From the IMG/VR virus record IMGVR_UViG_3300023184_000027, positions 143,953-207,952 of that record: DNA of 64,000 bases; one strand, 5' to 3'. A program made the position numbers and the translations under genes. The notes beneath the pieces were generated by a model. It worked only from the letters and a program-made list of their open reading frames with translations. It had not been told where the DNA came from and did not search any database. Position 1 is the first letter of the stretch. The number at the start of each line of letters is the position of its first letter. Positions 63,401-64,000 of the stretch are shown in pieces.

Positions 63401-64000
63401 CGGAGTAAGATATAACATCACAAAGAAATTTATTTGTGTTAGAATTGGCAATAATTAAATGTTGTCCTATTGTGTAAGATAATCCTGTTGATGTAGTTAA
63501 TGATAATGTCTGGCCACTAACTAAAGTTGATAAGTTTATATTATCGGTTGAATATCCAATAACCCCTAAACTAGTTCCTGAAGAACCTGAAGTCCCACTT
63601 GTTCCTGACGACCCACTTGTTCCTGATGAACCTGATGTTCCGCTAGAACCTGAAGTCCCGCTAAAACCTGAAGTTCCGCTAGAACCTGAAGTCCCGCTAG
63701 AACCGCTAGAACCTGAAGTTCCTTTAGTTCCTGAAGAACCACTAGTTCCTGAAGAGCCACTTGTTCCTGATGTTCCACTAGAACCTGAAGTTCCTTTAGT
63801 CCCATCTGTCTCACCACTTGTTCCTGAAGTCCCTGAAGTCCCTGAAGTACCTTTAGTACCATCTGTCATACCGCTTGTTCCTGAAGTTCCGCTTGTTCCT
63901 GAAGTTCCGCTTGTTCCTGAAGTTCCGCTAGAACCGCTAGACCCAGAAGTCCCTCTAGTCCCTGAAGTTCCTGAAGAACCGCTAGTTCCGGATGTACCAC
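57489..64000 (-). CDS. Giant fibre protein: Gly-Ser/Thr collagen-like tracts plus Cys-rich STIGGG beta-helix repeats; 5' end outside the window
   Basis: Frame stays open from 63869 to the window edge (GTSGTSGSSG...), so the track's start is internal; internal module duplications. Confidence 0.85.
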   Translation of the reverse strand, partial: GTSGTSGSSGTSGTRGTSGSSGSSGTSGTSGTSGTSGTSGTSGMTDGTKGTSGTSGTSGTSGETDGTKGTSGSSGTSGTSGSSGTSGSSGTKGTSGSSGSSGTSGSSGTSGFSGTSGSSGTSGSSGTSGSSGTSGTSGSSGTSLGVIGYSTDNINLSTLVSGQTLSLTTSTGLSYTIGQHLIIANSNTNKFLCDVISYSASTGDLQVTVTVINGTGTFLSWTTNLDGASGAAGSSGSSGTSGSSGTKGTSGTSGESGTSGSSGESGTSGSSGESGSSGESGSSGESGTSGTSGESGTSGSSGESGTSGSSGESGSAGSSGQTYGTSGTSGESGTSGTSGSSGTSGTSGSSDGTAGTSGTSGISGVASGQIFYFNQSVTQTPLSYKQIGTLPTTASTQTILKTTNGLTPVLVQEFITDASGLGVNVIPPGSQRFHLHMLKNNVNDNTDVFCTIELANSGGTSYGTVISTNQTIIGWVGVSIPVEVYVDLVIPSSYYILPSDRMIVKIYVVYQGTSNRDVTWYTEGTTYYSYVITTLGATYGSSGTSGSSGTSGSSGISGSSGTSGASGTSGSSGATGSSGATGSSGASGTSGSSGADGSSGATGSSGASGTSGSSGADGSSGSSGINGFSTGLVYYFNRNIPNQGAGSVSYYDLDRVISISGQTSLSQTLSGATAQLFGTFITPNNDPNISNIVGGNWNFELYANTTATNADHGIYARIYAYHTGGTTTLLSTVTPVPVPIDSHLVPTLYLFSIPISATNVVPSDRILIELYGIAIDSPYTKVLTMYFNDSTIGQVTTTLSPTNSGTSGTSGTSGSSGTSGANGSSGTSGSSGATGSSGASGTSGSSGADGSSGATGSSGASGTSGSSGATGSSGASGTSGSSGATGSSGATGSSGTSGTGASGTSGSSGATGSSGATGSSGTSGAAGIAGTSGTSSGGGGDSIIITGTGVNSTMRCGVGNTASGNCSAALAGSGNTASCNFSFIGGGRNNVSCGYYTTIVGGKGNSVSGYGGTIGGGRGNTASGVIFSTVAGGADNTSSYLASTVGGGLGNTACGSSSTIGGGSSNTASGTNSTIGGGVLNRACCSFSTIGGGDSNITNCSYSTIGGGSNNVSCGHYSTIGGGGGCVCTGNSGYPEYTDIYVSVGNIAKGRVSTISGGRVNKSYGNYSMIGGGYCNSAYATYSSILGGKSNLISSGFTNSNIIGSNITANRACTTFVNDLSVCSFTGSSGCSICVGANGLLVTTSGGTGNSGSSGTSGASGTRGTSGTSGAAGSSGTSGIGVSGSSGTSGIAGSSGTSGIGVSGSSGTSGIAGSSGTSGVGSSGTSGANGVAGTSGISGSSGTSSGGGGDSIIITGTGVNSTIRCGVGNTATSCFSAALAGSGNTASACFSTVVGGSQNLASGTFSFVGGGKPNSNIGYRRNTSFGYASVVVGGQGNIASGQTSFIGGGENNTVVAKYSTIVGGNRNIICNFTVDNSSYAIRPNTIGGGCCNVIFSNTGTFNPVGSNTIGGGYNNKICVPYGLGTIAGGQSNTVIGESSFIGGGQCNVSCGNCSTISGGYGNCSKGCLSSVVGGKSNVSCCNFSFIGGGCNNCTIGNVSTIGGGESNNTFSDRSFIGGGYRNSISGNSSSILGGYCNITNSKFSNINGGHRNIIQSPTNECCSLGVTIGGGIGHNTSGGTFTSSTGILSGTIVCCNAGKLSTIGGGYRNCVTGACSVIAGGQKNLISTSNSVIGGGYCNKSCGAALLTIGGGYCNIITGNNCSSTIGGGCCNIACGGSGGVGMFIGGGKSNSIDTSSFTTIAGGCTNCICINSSGSAIGGGCGNKVSGGNSVIGGGFCNTTSSNYSVIGGGCCNVTTGCTSTIVGGGCNTITARFSFIGGGQRNVIQSPTNECCSLGATISGGIGHNTSGGTFNAITGDLTGTTTCCDAGRLSTIGGGYRNCATGACSTIGGGLGNTAGGSSSTIGGGSSNTASGSNSTIGGGKCNSNVGNNGCSTISGGYKNCTSASSGACFMFIGGGACNITCGCSSTIAGGLCNSACSVYSSILGGRNNTISASFQHANVIGSCITANRSCTTFVNDLSVCSFTGSSGCSICVGSNGLLVTTTPGSSGSSGTSGIGNSGSSGTSGIGSSGSSGTSGIAGTSGTSPAPTILTLGLLQVFSTGFQNMF

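Noticed and set aside
58024-63862. PEEP/VLQEQQ/PPPIVE ORFs overlapping the giant fibre
   Set aside because: Alternative-frame or antisense read-outs of GTS and STIGGG repeats
1-64000. Stop-codon reassignment
   Set aside because: Very long ORFs and dense coding are obtained with the standard code

Overview
A 64 kb AT-rich segment of a large lytic myovirus (T4-like morphogenesis genes, probably a jumbo/huge phage), read in the standard genetic code. All family calls come from motif recognition by eye; no database searches were run. Left part (1-16.4 kb): tail tube (truncated), HAD-like protein, a tail sheath enlarged by inserted domains, tail terminator and neck proteins, three small genes sharing an identical 'MKILITE' leader, an SNF2 helicase, an Fe/Mn superoxide dismutase fused to a PD-(D/E)xK-like domain, and a family B DNA polymerase. 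The remaining ~47 kb alternates giant, signal-peptide-less, probably virion-surface proteins with blocks of glycan-building enzymes. The surface proteins carry Pro/Thr mucin-like stalks, DUF285, FISUMP and Gly-rich domains, and one is a Gly-Ser/Thr collagen-like, beta-helical fibre. The enzymes include GT60, GT10, GT25, HtrL-like, GT4, GT9, a TibC/Aah-type protein O-heptosyltransferase, Glf, an RmlD-like reductase, three methyltransferases, a sulfotransferase and APS kinase. The most interesting inferred system is a phage-encoded protein O-glycosylation ('virion glycocalyx') pathway, with two different initiating transferases encoded in the same region as plausible Thr- and Ser-rich substrates. 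It also has methyl/sulfate tailoring and a sugar cassette flanked by ~730 bp direct repeats that could excise. No tRNA, rRNA, CRISPR array, integrase or transposase was recognised.
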